A stretch of 64,000 nucleotides of DNA from an uncultured Brevinematales bacterium (GTDB lineage Bacteria; Spirochaetota; Brevinematia; Brevinematales; JAOACQ01), in NCBI GenBank assembly GCA_964533855.1, contig CAZHNM010000005.1:74898-138897 (forward strand), read 5' to 3'. Positions within the stretch are counted from its first letter, which is position 1. Each line of letters starts with the position of its first letter. The notes under the pieces were generated by a model that saw nothing but the letters and a program-made list of their open reading frames with translations, ran no database searches and was not told the DNA's origin. Shown piece by piece: positions 37,511 to 45,991 of the stretch. The translations under genes were made by a program, and so were the position numbers.

Positions 37511-37539
37511 ATTATAACGTTTATCCGTGCGACCGTCAA
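37511..37539 (-). promoter_or_regulatory. candidate sigma-70 promoter for tRNA-Lys (TTGACG-17 nt-TATAAT)
   Basis: Both hexamers are near-consensus and the spacer is 17 nt on the minus strand. The -35 element overlaps the secF stop codon. The -10 element lies about 70 nt upstream of the tRNA. Confidence 0.45.
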
Positions 37540-38573
37540 GATTTTACAGACTGCGCTGCGGAAGCCTTTTTAAGGTTCGCTTTAGAACCTTTCAGATTCT
37601 TATCCATCGATTTCCTGAGCATATAAGTGATCGGAGCTGCGATAAAGATCGAAGAATATGTACCGTCTATGACTCCGATAAGTAAAAGAAGGGCGAAATT
37701 CTTCATAACCACCCCGCCCCAGAGGAAAATCGCCAGAACCACCAGGAACACAGTCAAACTTGTGATGATCGTCCTGCTGAGAGTCTGGGTAATACTTCTA
37801 TCGATAATAGCCTCGTAATCCCCGTCTTTATTCAGGGCATGAAGCTCTCTTATCCTGTCGAAAACCACGATAGTATCGTTAGTAGAGTAACCTATGATCG
37901 TTAAAATTGCCGCTACGATCGTCAGGTCTATTGGGATATTCAGGAGAAGTGTGCACGAAAGCATGAAAAGCACATCATGGAAGAGGGCTCCTATAGCGCC
38001 TGCCCCGTAAAAGAGGTCGAAACGGAAGATGACATATACCAGAATGAGACCTGCCGAAATAAGGATCAGGTAAAAGGCTTTCATACCGAAGTCCTGTCCT
38101 ATTCTCGCGTCCACTTTTTCTGAACTCTTTACAATGATATTGTCGCTGCCGTATTTGCTTCCTAATGATGTTGTAACCATCTGGACTTCGTCATTGGCGT
38201 TCTGGCTTGAAATGATTGGCAGCGTGATCATATACTGCCTGTCGGAGGCGTTGCCTACCGTGTTGACATCGGCTTCCATTTTTGCATCGGTAAATATTTT
38301 TCTGACATCCTTGATGTTAACATCCGGATTGTTTACACGGACGTCGACCTTGATACCGCCCTTGAAGTCGATGCCGAGGGGGAAACCGCCTTTCATAAAG
38401 TACATTGTAAAGCCTGAGATGATCACGATGGCGGATATTCCGAAAAGGGTGAACCAGCGGTATGAAATAAACGGTATTACAGTCTGTATGTTGATTCCGA
38501 ATATGCGCGTCTGGTGCTCGGAAGCCTTTTCAGGAGTAACGTCTATAGTGCCTTTAATATTGTTTGTTTCCAT
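37536..38573 (-). CDS. secF: protein translocase subunit SecF
   Basis: Multi-TM SecD/F-family motifs are present (LGIDFKGG, IIGYSTNDTIVVFDRIRE). The gene follows secD. Confidence 0.9.
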   Translation of the reverse strand: METNNIKGTIDVTPEKASEHQTRIFGINIQTVIPFISYRWFTLFGISAIVIISGFTMYFMKGGFPLGIDFKGGIKVDVRVNNPDVNIKDVRKIFTDAKMEADVNTVGNASDRQYMITLPIISSQNANDEVQMVTTSLGSKYGSDNIIVKSSEKVDARIGQDFGMKAFYLILISAGLILVYVIFRFDLFYGAGAIGALFHDVLFMLSCTLLLNIPIDLTIVAAILTIIGYSTNDTIVVFDRIRELHALNKDGDYEAIIDRSITQTLSRTIITSLTVFLVVLAIFLWGGVVMKNFALLLLIGVIDGTYSSIFIAAPITYMLRKSMDKNLKGSKANLKKASAAQSVKS

Positions 38574-38583
38574 TTTAATCTCC

Positions 38584-40134
38584 TTATACGCTGATTTGTT
38601 TAACTTTAAATGTATCGAGTATCCAGTCGTAGATAAGGCGTGTGATAAACAAAGCCGAGAAAATATTAGCCAGGATACCTATACAAAGTGTCAGGCCGAA
38701 ACCTTTTATTGAGCCCTGCCCGAAAGCGTATAGCGCGAAACCGGCGATAAGGGTTGTTACGTTCGAATCGAGGATAGTAGGCCTTGCATGGAGAAAGCCG
38801 TTTTCAAGGGCATGCCGGTAAGTCCGGGACCTTCTCAATTCTTCACGCATCCTTTCGTATATGATGACATTCGCGTCGACAGCGATTCCGACCGTAAGGA
38901 ATAACCCGGCAATACTCGATAGTGTCAGGGTCGTTCCGGGAACCGAAGCTGTAAGCGCTAAAACATAGAGCAGCGTGAAAAGAAGCGATATGATCGAGAA
39001 AAATCCGGAAGCCCTGTAATAAAATATCATGAAAAATATTACAAAAGCCGCTCCGATGAGCCCGGCTTTAACCATATCGTTAATGGAGTCTTCGCCCAGT
39101 GATGAACCGATCACTCGCTGCTGAACTATATCCATCTTCACGGGAAGCGAACCGGCTTTTAATACGTTCTGAAGGAAAACCGCCTCTTCCATTGTGAAAT
39201 CGCCGCTTATCTGGCCGCTGCCGCCGGAAATTTCACTGTTGATCACAGGGGCGCTTTTAACCTTGTCATCGAGAAGGATTGCAAGCCTGTTCCTGACATT
39301 CTGGGCTGTGACCTCGTCGAAAATGTCTGCGCCCTCGGATGTCATCGTAAAATCTATTACATGCCCGCCGAACTGGTCGTTATCGGCCCTGGCGCTATTT
39401 ATCATCGTACCGTCGAGCTCGACCTTCTTAAACAATATCAGCCAGCCTTTCAGCTTGGGTATTCCGAATTCATCGTTCTGCCAGCAGGAATCCCATTCCG
39501 AACTATCGGGGAGGATAAAATTTGTCGGCACGTTCTGGCGGGAAATTATCCAGCCTTCCCTGTCAGTAGGAACATTCAAAGCCTCGAGCCTTTTCATAGT
39601 CTTTTCATCGACTATCTTGAACTCGAGCCTGCCCGCCTTGCTGACAGCCTCCATGATCTGCTGAGGATTGCTCAGGCCGGGAAGTTCAACAGAAATTCTT
39701 CCTTCAAATGTTTTCCTGATAAGGGGTTCCGCGACGCCGAACTGGTCCATCCTGTTCTTGAGGACTTCAAGCGAGCGGTCAGCGGCGTTGGCGTATTCCG
39801 TTTTATAATCAGTTGCTAACTTATTAGTATCGAAATCGTATTTTTCAAGGAGAAGATTCGTCAGGCTTTCTTCGTTTATCTGCATTGTAAGATTGACCCC
39901 GCCCTGGAGGTCCAATCCCAGGCTTATAGCCCCTTTGCGGATATTCTTGACTTCAGTGGCCCTTTTTCTGACATTAAAACTCTGAACGTCAAGCTGATCC
40001 TGCGACATTTTAAGCAGGTCCTTGTCAGCCTGCGGTAAAAAGAAATACCACTGTATACTCGGTGTCAGAAATACTACGGATATGCCTATCGTTATAAGCA
40101 GGATTATAAAACGGGTTAACTTGCTCATTGACAA
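38584..40134 (-). CDS. secD: protein translocase subunit SecD
   Basis: The protein contains LGLDLQGGVNLTMQ, a periplasmic P1 domain and the C-terminal TM bundle with VGIAVDANVIIYERMREE. Confidence 0.9.
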   Translation of the reverse strand: MSMSKLTRFIILLITIGISVVFLTPSIQWYFFLPQADKDLLKMSQDQLDVQSFNVRKRATEVKNIRKGAISLGLDLQGGVNLTMQINEESLTNLLLEKYDFDTNKLATDYKTEYANAADRSLEVLKNRMDQFGVAEPLIRKTFEGRISVELPGLSNPQQIMEAVSKAGRLEFKIVDEKTMKRLEALNVPTDREGWIISRQNVPTNFILPDSSEWDSCWQNDEFGIPKLKGWLILFKKVELDGTMINSARADNDQFGGHVIDFTMTSEGADIFDEVTAQNVRNRLAILLDDKVKSAPVINSEISGGSGQISGDFTMEEAVFLQNVLKAGSLPVKMDIVQQRVIGSSLGEDSINDMVKAGLIGAAFVIFFMIFYYRASGFFSIISLLFTLLYVLALTASVPGTTLTLSSIAGLFLTVGIAVDANVIIYERMREELRRSRTYRHALENGFLHARPTILDSNVTTLIAGFALYAFGQGSIKGFGLTLCIGILANIFSALFITRLIYDWILDTFKVKQISV

Positions 40135-40161
40135 ACCTCCATCGAAAAGGGGCTACAAAGA

Positions 40162-40443
40162 TTACTGGTTTTTCAAAACTGCCGCTATTGATTCCTTGGC
40201 TACTTCAATTTTAGAATCAAGGCTCTTGATATAAACTGATTTATCGGAAATGAAATCAATTGTTCCGTAAATTCCGCTGTTAGTGAGAACTTTATCGCCA
40301 GGCTTCATCTGGCTGATCTGGAGCTTGAGTTTTTTCCTTCTGTTGCTTTCGGGAAGAAACAGCACAAGGTAAATAACTACGAACATGCCGATGATCACGA
40401 TAAATGATCCGCTTCCGCCCTTGAATAATGTCGATAAATCCAT
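40162..40443 (-). CDS. yajC: preprotein translocase subunit YajC
   Basis: This 93-aa protein has a single TM helix followed by MKPGDKVLTNSGIYGTI, the YajC signature. It lies upstream of secDF. Confidence 0.85.
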   Translation of the reverse strand: MDLSTLFKGGSGSFIVIIGMFVVIYLVLFLPESNRRKKLKLQISQMKPGDKVLTNSGIYGTIDFISDKSVYIKSLDSKIEVAKESIAAVLKNQ

Positions 40444-40564
40444 ATATTTCTCCTATTTCATACTAGTATTTATATTAAAGATGGAAAATATTATAAATGA
40501 TAAATCAAAAAGCGTCAAATGAAGGGACTGATTCAAATTACAAGTAAATGACCTAAGCGATTCC

Positions 40565-40593
40565 TTGATATTTTAGACCCATGGTCTTACAAT
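40565..40593 (+). promoter_or_regulatory. candidate sigma-70 promoter for yidC-mnmE-mtgA (TTGATA-17 nt-TACAAT)
   Basis: The hexamers are separated by a 17-nt spacer. The -10 element lies 36 nt upstream of the yidC ATG, and a GGAG RBS lies between them. Confidence 0.4.
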
Positions 40594-40628
40594 AATGCCA
40601 CTAATATCGTTATTGGAGTAAACAACTT

Positions 40629-42383
40629 ATGAATAATACAGGATACGAAAGAAGGATGATGATCGTTTTCCTTCTTTCACTGGGGCTAATGATCGCGTCT
40701 CTCTATTTTCTGCCCAAGAACAAAAATTCAGCCTTCGACCAGTCTGCGGCAACAAATTCGGTGGCGACTAACGTTGCCGCGGTTTCCAATACGGCCCCGG
40801 TCGCAGCGAGTCCGCTTGTCGGGTGGGAAAAAAACGTGTCTCCCACGAATGTAACAATTTCTTACGGAGATGAAATAAATGTCAAGATAGACACTCTCGG
40901 CGGAAGGGTCTCGCAGGTTTTACTTAACGGAACATGGAACAGGAGAAAAACCGCCATATCGGTCGTTTCCCCCGACAACCCCTACCGCATAGGAGATACG
41001 GTTTTCGGCTCCCTGGAAAATGCCAGCCTTATAACCGACAGGCCGGCATTTACGGTAAGAAAGATCACCAACGATTCTGTCGAGTTATCAGCCGATTTTC
41101 ATGCCGGGAAAGATTTCTTCAGGATAATCAAGACTATTAATACAGGCAGCAATTACCAGATATTCGAAGAAGTTATTGTAACAAACTTAGGCTATGGCGA
41201 TGCCTCATTCAACTACAAAGGCTCTTCGATTTCATTTCCTGCCAGCGTTTCGTTCTTTGATCTGGCTACAGCAAATAACGGGAACCAGCTTATAGATCAG
41301 TATTATGACGGCAGTTCCCTTAAAAGTTCGCTGCCGGGCGGTTTTCTGTTCTTTTCAAAGTCCGTGCTGACAAACGCAATAACTAACGCTTTGTGGATAA
41401 GCGAGAAGGACAATTACTTTGTTTCTGTAATGAGGCCCTCTTTCAGGAGCGGTTATCTTGCAAAAGCGATGCTTCTCATGCAGACCAATACTTACAAGGA
41501 AGACGCGTTCGGTATAGAGCTTGCGCCATTTTCACTGAAAGCCGGCGAAAGCAGATCTTTCAAAGTCTCTTATTATATAGGTCCCAAGAAGGAAGAGATA
41601 CTCGACAGGGTCGACGGAGAATGGCTTGCCAAAAATGAACCCGGCAGCAAAGGCACTTCCGGCAAATCTTATTTCCAGTTCTTCCTGTGGTGGCCTGTTT
41701 TCAACTGGTTCATGAAACCGATCGAGTGGGTAATGGTCAAATTGATGTATGTCGCCTCCATAGCGGTGCCTAACTGGGGACTGATCATAATCCTGCTTGC
41801 CCTGGTGATCAAACTCGCACTTTCGCCGCTTTCAATACAGGCTGCGCGTTCCATCAAGAGATCGAACCTTCTGCAGCCCAAGATCAAGAGCCTGCAGGAA
41901 AAATATAAAAGCGACCAGCAAACGTTAAACCAGAAAATGGCGGAGCTTTACAAGAAAGAGGGCGTCAATCCTCTCGGCGGATGCCTGCCTATGCTGCTCC
42001 AGATACCGGTGTTTTTTGCCCTTTTGAGGGTTTTGCAGAATTCTGTCGACCTGAAAGGAGCAAGTTTTCTCTGGATGAACGACCTGACGCAGCCCGATAC
42101 GCTGTTCAAAATGAGCATTCCGTTTCTTCCTTCAACTTTCAACCTGCTGCCATTATTAATGACCGGCGTCCAGCTGATCCAGATGAAGCTGCAGGCAATG
42201 AAAACCGTGAATGCCGGGACCAGCCAGCAGAATGCCATGAATTCCTACCTCATGCCGATTATATTTTTATTCATATTCTGGTCGATGCCTTCGGGCCTCG
42301 TGTTATACTGGACAATCCAGAGTATTTATACGATTTTCGAGCAGGAATTTATTAACCTCGACAGGCATGTGAGCTTGAAATAA
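40629..42383 (+). CDS. yidC: membrane protein insertase YidC
   Basis: A large periplasmic P1 domain is followed by the conserved core (NWGLIIILLALVIKLALSPLS..., GVNPLGGCLPMLLQIPVFFAL, PSGLVLYWTIQ). Confidence 0.9.
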   Translation: MNNTGYERRMMIVFLLSLGLMIASLYFLPKNKNSAFDQSAATNSVATNVAAVSNTAPVAASPLVGWEKNVSPTNVTISYGDEINVKIDTLGGRVSQVLLNGTWNRRKTAISVVSPDNPYRIGDTVFGSLENASLITDRPAFTVRKITNDSVELSADFHAGKDFFRIIKTINTGSNYQIFEEVIVTNLGYGDASFNYKGSSISFPASVSFFDLATANNGNQLIDQYYDGSSLKSSLPGGFLFFSKSVLTNAITNALWISEKDNYFVSVMRPSFRSGYLAKAMLLMQTNTYKEDAFGIELAPFSLKAGESRSFKVSYYIGPKKEEILDRVDGEWLAKNEPGSKGTSGKSYFQFFLWWPVFNWFMKPIEWVMVKLMYVASIAVPNWGLIIILLALVIKLALSPLSIQAARSIKRSNLLQPKIKSLQEKYKSDQQTLNQKMAELYKKEGVNPLGGCLPMLLQIPVFFALLRVLQNSVDLKGASFLWMNDLTQPDTLFKMSIPFLPSTFNLLPLLMTGVQLIQMKLQAMKTVNAGTSQQNAMNSYLMPIIFLFIFWSMPSGLVLYWTIQSIYTIFEQEFINLDRHVSLK

Positions 42384-42389
42384 TTTGAA

Positions 42390-43754
42390 ATGAAAGATAC
42401 CATTATTGCCCTCGCATCTCCCCCCGGGGAGAGCGCGATAGGGCTTATCAGGCTTTCCGGTCCGGAAACTGAACAGATGGCAGTTAAGCTGATAAGGTTC
42501 AATTCGGGACTGGCCATGAAAAGCCGCATGCAAAAAACCGGGAAAATATACAGCTCTTCAGGCATCCTTATCGATGAAATCTGCGCCGTGTTCAATAAAG
42601 CCCCGGGATCTTATACCGGTGAAGACACCATCGAAATTACAAGCCATGGTAATCCTCTTATTCAGAATGACATACTTCAGGCATTCCTGAGTTCCGGCGC
42701 CAGAATGGCGCGGCCGGGAGAATTCACTGAAAGGGCGTTTTTAAACGGGAAGCTCGACCTGACAGGCGCCGAGGCCGTGAACGATATTATAAAGGCAAAT
42801 ACGAGGTATTCAAGAGCCGCCGCATTAAACCAGCTCCAGGGAAAATTATTCAAACAAATCGATGAAATACATTCATCCGTCATGGATCTGCTCGCAGAAC
42901 TTGAAGCTTCCATCGATCACAGCGACTTGGATGAAAAATTTATTGAAAATGATGAAACTAAAGGTCTGCTCAGGGATCTTATTGACCGGACCGGCCTGCT
43001 GCTGAGCACCGCCCCTGCCGGGATAATGGCCGCCAGAGGCGTACAGGCGTCAATTATCGGTGCGACGAATACCGGAAAATCCAGCCTGATGAACCTTCTT
43101 CTCAGGGAAGACAGGGTAATTGTTTCCGATATTCCCGGGACTACAAGGGATGTTGTCCATGAAAAACTCAATATAATGGGCGTTCCCGTAAATATTTACG
43201 ATACAGCGGGATTGCGCGACAGCAAGGATCCGCTCGAACGGAAGGGAATGGAAAAAACCTCACGGATCCTCGAAAAAAGCGATCTCAGGATTGTCGTTCT
43301 CGATTGTTCAAGGCCGGTTTCAGATGAAGATTCAAGGATACTGCGCGCCGTCTCCGGATTAAAAAACATCTTTGTGCTCAATAAAATAGATCTCGAAACG
43401 GTTACGGATTTAAAATTGATTAAAGAAAGGTTCGGAATAGACGCTATCAGGATTTCCGCCGCGACAGGGGAAGGTCTTGATATCCTGGAAAAAGCGGTAC
43501 ATGAATTCTATTTTTCATACGGATATAACCCGGAAACCGACGTGATGATTGCCAATGCCAGGCAGGAAGATCTTCTCAGGAAAACTCATGCATGCCTTTT
43601 AAAAGGTCTCGAGAGCTTTGAGCGAGGCCTATCTGCAGAATTTACTGCGAGCGATCTTCAGGCCGCCAGGAGCCATCTCGAGGAGATCACAGGAAAAACA
43701 TCCGACGAATCGCTTTTAGACAGGATTTTCTCAAAATTCTGCATCGGCAAATAG
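42390..43754 (+). CDS. mnmE: tRNA modification GTPase MnmE (TrmE)
   Basis: The protein begins DTIIALASPPGESAIGLIRLSG. It has G1 GATNTGKSSL and DTAGLR, and ends with the C-terminal FCIGK motif. Confidence 0.93.
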   Translation: MKDTIIALASPPGESAIGLIRLSGPETEQMAVKLIRFNSGLAMKSRMQKTGKIYSSSGILIDEICAVFNKAPGSYTGEDTIEITSHGNPLIQNDILQAFLSSGARMARPGEFTERAFLNGKLDLTGAEAVNDIIKANTRYSRAAALNQLQGKLFKQIDEIHSSVMDLLAELEASIDHSDLDEKFIENDETKGLLRDLIDRTGLLLSTAPAGIMAARGVQASIIGATNTGKSSLMNLLLREDRVIVSDIPGTTRDVVHEKLNIMGVPVNIYDTAGLRDSKDPLERKGMEKTSRILEKSDLRIVVLDCSRPVSDEDSRILRAVSGLKNIFVLNKIDLETVTDLKLIKERFGIDAIRISAATGEGLDILEKAVHEFYFSYGYNPETDVMIANARQEDLLRKTHACLLKGLESFERGLSAEFTASDLQAARSHLEEITGKTSDESLLDRIFSKFCIGK

Positions 43755-43766
43755 GGAGAAGTTCAG

Positions 43767-44612
43767 GTGGCCAAAAAAATCCTCAAGGCTGTTTATCTCT
43801 TTCATCTTTATCTCATTATTGCCATTTTTTTCCTCTGCGGCCTGATTTCATTATTTAACCCCGGAATCGGCTCCCTGATGATATACAGGGTAATAAATAA
43901 CCACTACCCGGTCAAACCCGTCAATTTTGTCCCCCTGAAAAATATTCCAAAACCGGTCCTTACAATGGTGATAGCTGCCGAGGATGACAAGTTCTACGAT
44001 CACTGGGGAATCGACCTGGACGGCATACATGACGCCGTTTTCCTGAAAAACAATCTCAGGTACAAGTATTACGGGGGCAGCACGATCACCCAGCAGCTTG
44101 CCAGGACGCTTTTCCTGATCCCTAATAAAACATATATAAGAAAATATTTTGAGATTATTATTGCAGTCGAGATGGATTGCCTGATGCGCAAAGACAGGAT
44201 ACTCGAACTTTATCTGAATTCGATTGAATGGGGTAAAGGTATTTTCGGAATCGAAAATGCCTCCCGCTATTATTTCGGAAAAAGCGTAGAAGCGCTGAGT
44301 ATCGATGAAATGATCAGGCTTGTAACCATAATGCCTAGCCCAGTGAGGTATAATACAGATAATTTCAACCTGCACCGGGCCCTTGCACGGAGGTATGAGT
44401 TTCTGAACGAGGTTATGGGATTTTCCAGCTCCGATTTAAACGGAGATATAATTTCAAACACGAACGGTATTATCGTAGATTACAGCGATTATATTGAAAG
44501 CGATAATAAATCGGAAAATACAGCCGGCGGCGAAGACATGACGATCACCAATGCGAACACCAACGGCGTCGATACCGGTGAATCCGCCGGAGAAACAGGT
44601 GAAGATAAATAA
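43767..44612 (+). CDS. mtgA: monofunctional peptidoglycan glycosyltransferase (GT51)
   Basis: GT51 motifs are present (AAEDDKFYDHWGID, GGSTITQQLAR, RILELYLN). The start is GTG with a GGGAGA RBS. The C-terminal tail is low-complexity and acidic. Confidence 0.8.
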   Translation: MAKKILKAVYLFHLYLIIAIFFLCGLISLFNPGIGSLMIYRVINNHYPVKPVNFVPLKNIPKPVLTMVIAAEDDKFYDHWGIDLDGIHDAVFLKNNLRYKYYGGSTITQQLARTLFLIPNKTYIRKYFEIIIAVEMDCLMRKDRILELYLNSIEWGKGIFGIENASRYYFGKSVEALSIDEMIRLVTIMPSPVRYNTDNFNLHRALARRYEFLNEVMGFSSSDLNGDIISNTNGIIVDYSDYIESDNKSENTAGGEDMTITNANTNGVDTGESAGETGEDK

Positions 44613-44617
44613 AAAAA

Positions 44618-44645
44618 CCCGGCCCCCTGATTAAGGAGAGCCGGG
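44618..44645. terminator. weak hairpin between convergent genes (CCCGGC...GCCGGG)
   Basis: A 6-bp GC stem with a 16-nt loop is preceded by an A-run. It lies between the mtgA stop and the stop of the DUF4389-like gene. This is not a textbook intrinsic terminator. Confidence 0.3.
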
Positions 44646-44661
44646 ATAAATTAATGATTAT

Positions 44662-45243
44662 TTATTTGCCTGAGAACGGAGGGTACTTGTCAGTTAAAAA
44701 GGACGCATACATTCCGAGGCGGATAGCCCAGCGGAGAGTGCCAGCCTGGTAATTAAACAGGCCTTCGGGATATTTCCCTGTAAAGAGAACAACCCACCAT
44801 GCGATGAACATAAGGATGAAACCCCATAAAATTCTGAAGTAAATGCAGAAGCCATGCGGAATATAGATGTAGATCCAGCCAAGAAAAAGCCTCAGTATTA
44901 GAAGACCGCGGCTCAGTTTTTCAGGATAGGGGGCGTCAAGGGTAATCTGGGGATTTGACCCATTGAGTCCGAATTGGGGATAACCGTCGATAAGGTTAAA
45001 AAAGGATGAAGAAACGCGAATCCCCCATCTCATCATCTTGATCTGGTATTCATACCAGGATTTAGGATACTTCCCCGTGAATAATACAGCCCAGAAGGCC
45101 AGGAAGCTCAGGATCATGCTCCAGATTCCTACGAAAAACAAAAGAAAATAATGAGGAATAAGGATATAAATCCAGCCGAAAAAGGTCCTCAATAGAAGCT
45201 GCCCGCGGGAAAACTTTTCCTGTCTCTTGATTGTCAGTTCCAT
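44662..45243 (-). CDS. DUF4389-like membrane protein with an internal duplication
   Basis: The two halves are clearly homologous. Compare FSRGQLLLRTFFGWIYILIPHYF...AVLFTGKYPKSWYEYQIKMMRWGIRV with LSRGLLILRLFLGWIYIYIPHGF...VVLFTGKYPEGLFNYQAGTLRWAIRL. Confidence 0.6.
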   Translation of the reverse strand: MELTIKRQEKFSRGQLLLRTFFGWIYILIPHYFLLFFVGIWSMILSFLAFWAVLFTGKYPKSWYEYQIKMMRWGIRVSSSFFNLIDGYPQFGLNGSNPQITLDAPYPEKLSRGLLILRLFLGWIYIYIPHGFCIYFRILWGFILMFIAWWVVLFTGKYPEGLFNYQAGTLRWAIRLGMYASFLTDKYPPFSGK

Positions 45244-45336
45244 ATATACCTCCCATAAAATATTATTAAAGGTGGTTCCAAAAATCCAGTTTTTTGGAAT
45301 ATAAACTTGATAATGAATCTAATAATTTCGCCCGAT

Positions 45337-45399
45337 GGGCACTACCTTGCTGCCCCAGGGGCTTGCCCCCGTAAGGGGGGGCAGTTATTAGAAGTGCCC
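45337..45399. other. GC-rich nested-hairpin element (candidate structured RNA or REP-like repeat)
   Basis: The sequence GGGCACT-ACCTTG-CTGCCCC-AGGGGCTTG-CCCCC-GTAA-GGGGG-GGCAG-TTATTAGA-AGTGCCC has outer stems GGGCACT/AGTGCCC and CTGCC/GGCAG and a central CCCCC-GTAA-GGGGG hairpin. An alternative GGGG-CTTG-CCCC pairing is possible. It sits in an otherwise very AT-rich 246-bp spacer. Confidence 0.3.
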
Positions 45400-45489
45400 A
45401 AAAGTAACATAATAATTTTAACTGATAAAAAATTAAACGCAATAATATTAATATTATTTTGACTGCAGGATGAAATTAAAAATATTTGT

Positions 45490-45927
45490 TTATTTTTTTA
45501 TGCCGGTGCTTCCGAAACCGCCTGCGCCGCGGTCTGTGCCGCTTAACCCGGATGAGATAGCGAATTCCGCTTTTTCAACTTTCTGGATTACCAGCTGTGC
45601 GATCCTGTCATGATGGTTTATAATAAAATCCGATCCGCTCAGGTTCATTATTATAACCTTGATTTCGCCCCTGTAATCCGCGTCTATAGTTCCGGGAGAA
45701 TTTGGAAGGATAATCCCCCTGGCCCCGAGCCCGCTTCTCGGCCGGACCTGGGCCTCGTAGCCTTCGGGGAGTTCGAGCGATATGCCTGAGGGCACGAGTT
45801 TGATTTCCATGTTCCTGATCGTAAGAGCTTCATCGAGGCAGGCATAGAGGTCGGCTCCGGCGCTGTGAACAGTTTTGTATTCGGGCAACTCGGCTTTAGG
45901 GTTTAATTTCATTATCTTAACTGTCAT
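45490..45927 (-). CDS. dut: dUTP diphosphatase
   Basis: dUTPase motifs are present: SAGADLYA, RPRSGLG, GTIDADYRGEI and the C-terminal RGAGGFGSTG. Confidence 0.92.
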   Translation of the reverse strand: MTVKIMKLNPKAELPEYKTVHSAGADLYACLDEALTIRNMEIKLVPSGISLELPEGYEAQVRPRSGLGARGIILPNSPGTIDADYRGEIKVIIMNLSGSDFIINHHDRIAQLVIQKVEKAEFAISSGLSGTDRGAGGFGSTGIKK

Positions 45928-45991
45928 AAAATTTGCCCCTGTTTATTCAATGCACGCGGGCGCTATGCCTTTGCGGTGCCTTCAATTAATT

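Noticed and set aside
38134-39664. ORFs of 192 aa and 156 aa lie antisense to secF and secD. Similar antisense ORFs occur at 43851-44375 (opposite mtgA), 55286-55858 (opposite hflX) and 54396-54815.
   Set aside because: Each is fully nested opposite a well-supported conserved gene. Their composition is Ser-, Leu- and Pro-rich and low in complexity, they lack start-site signals, and I recognised no family motif.
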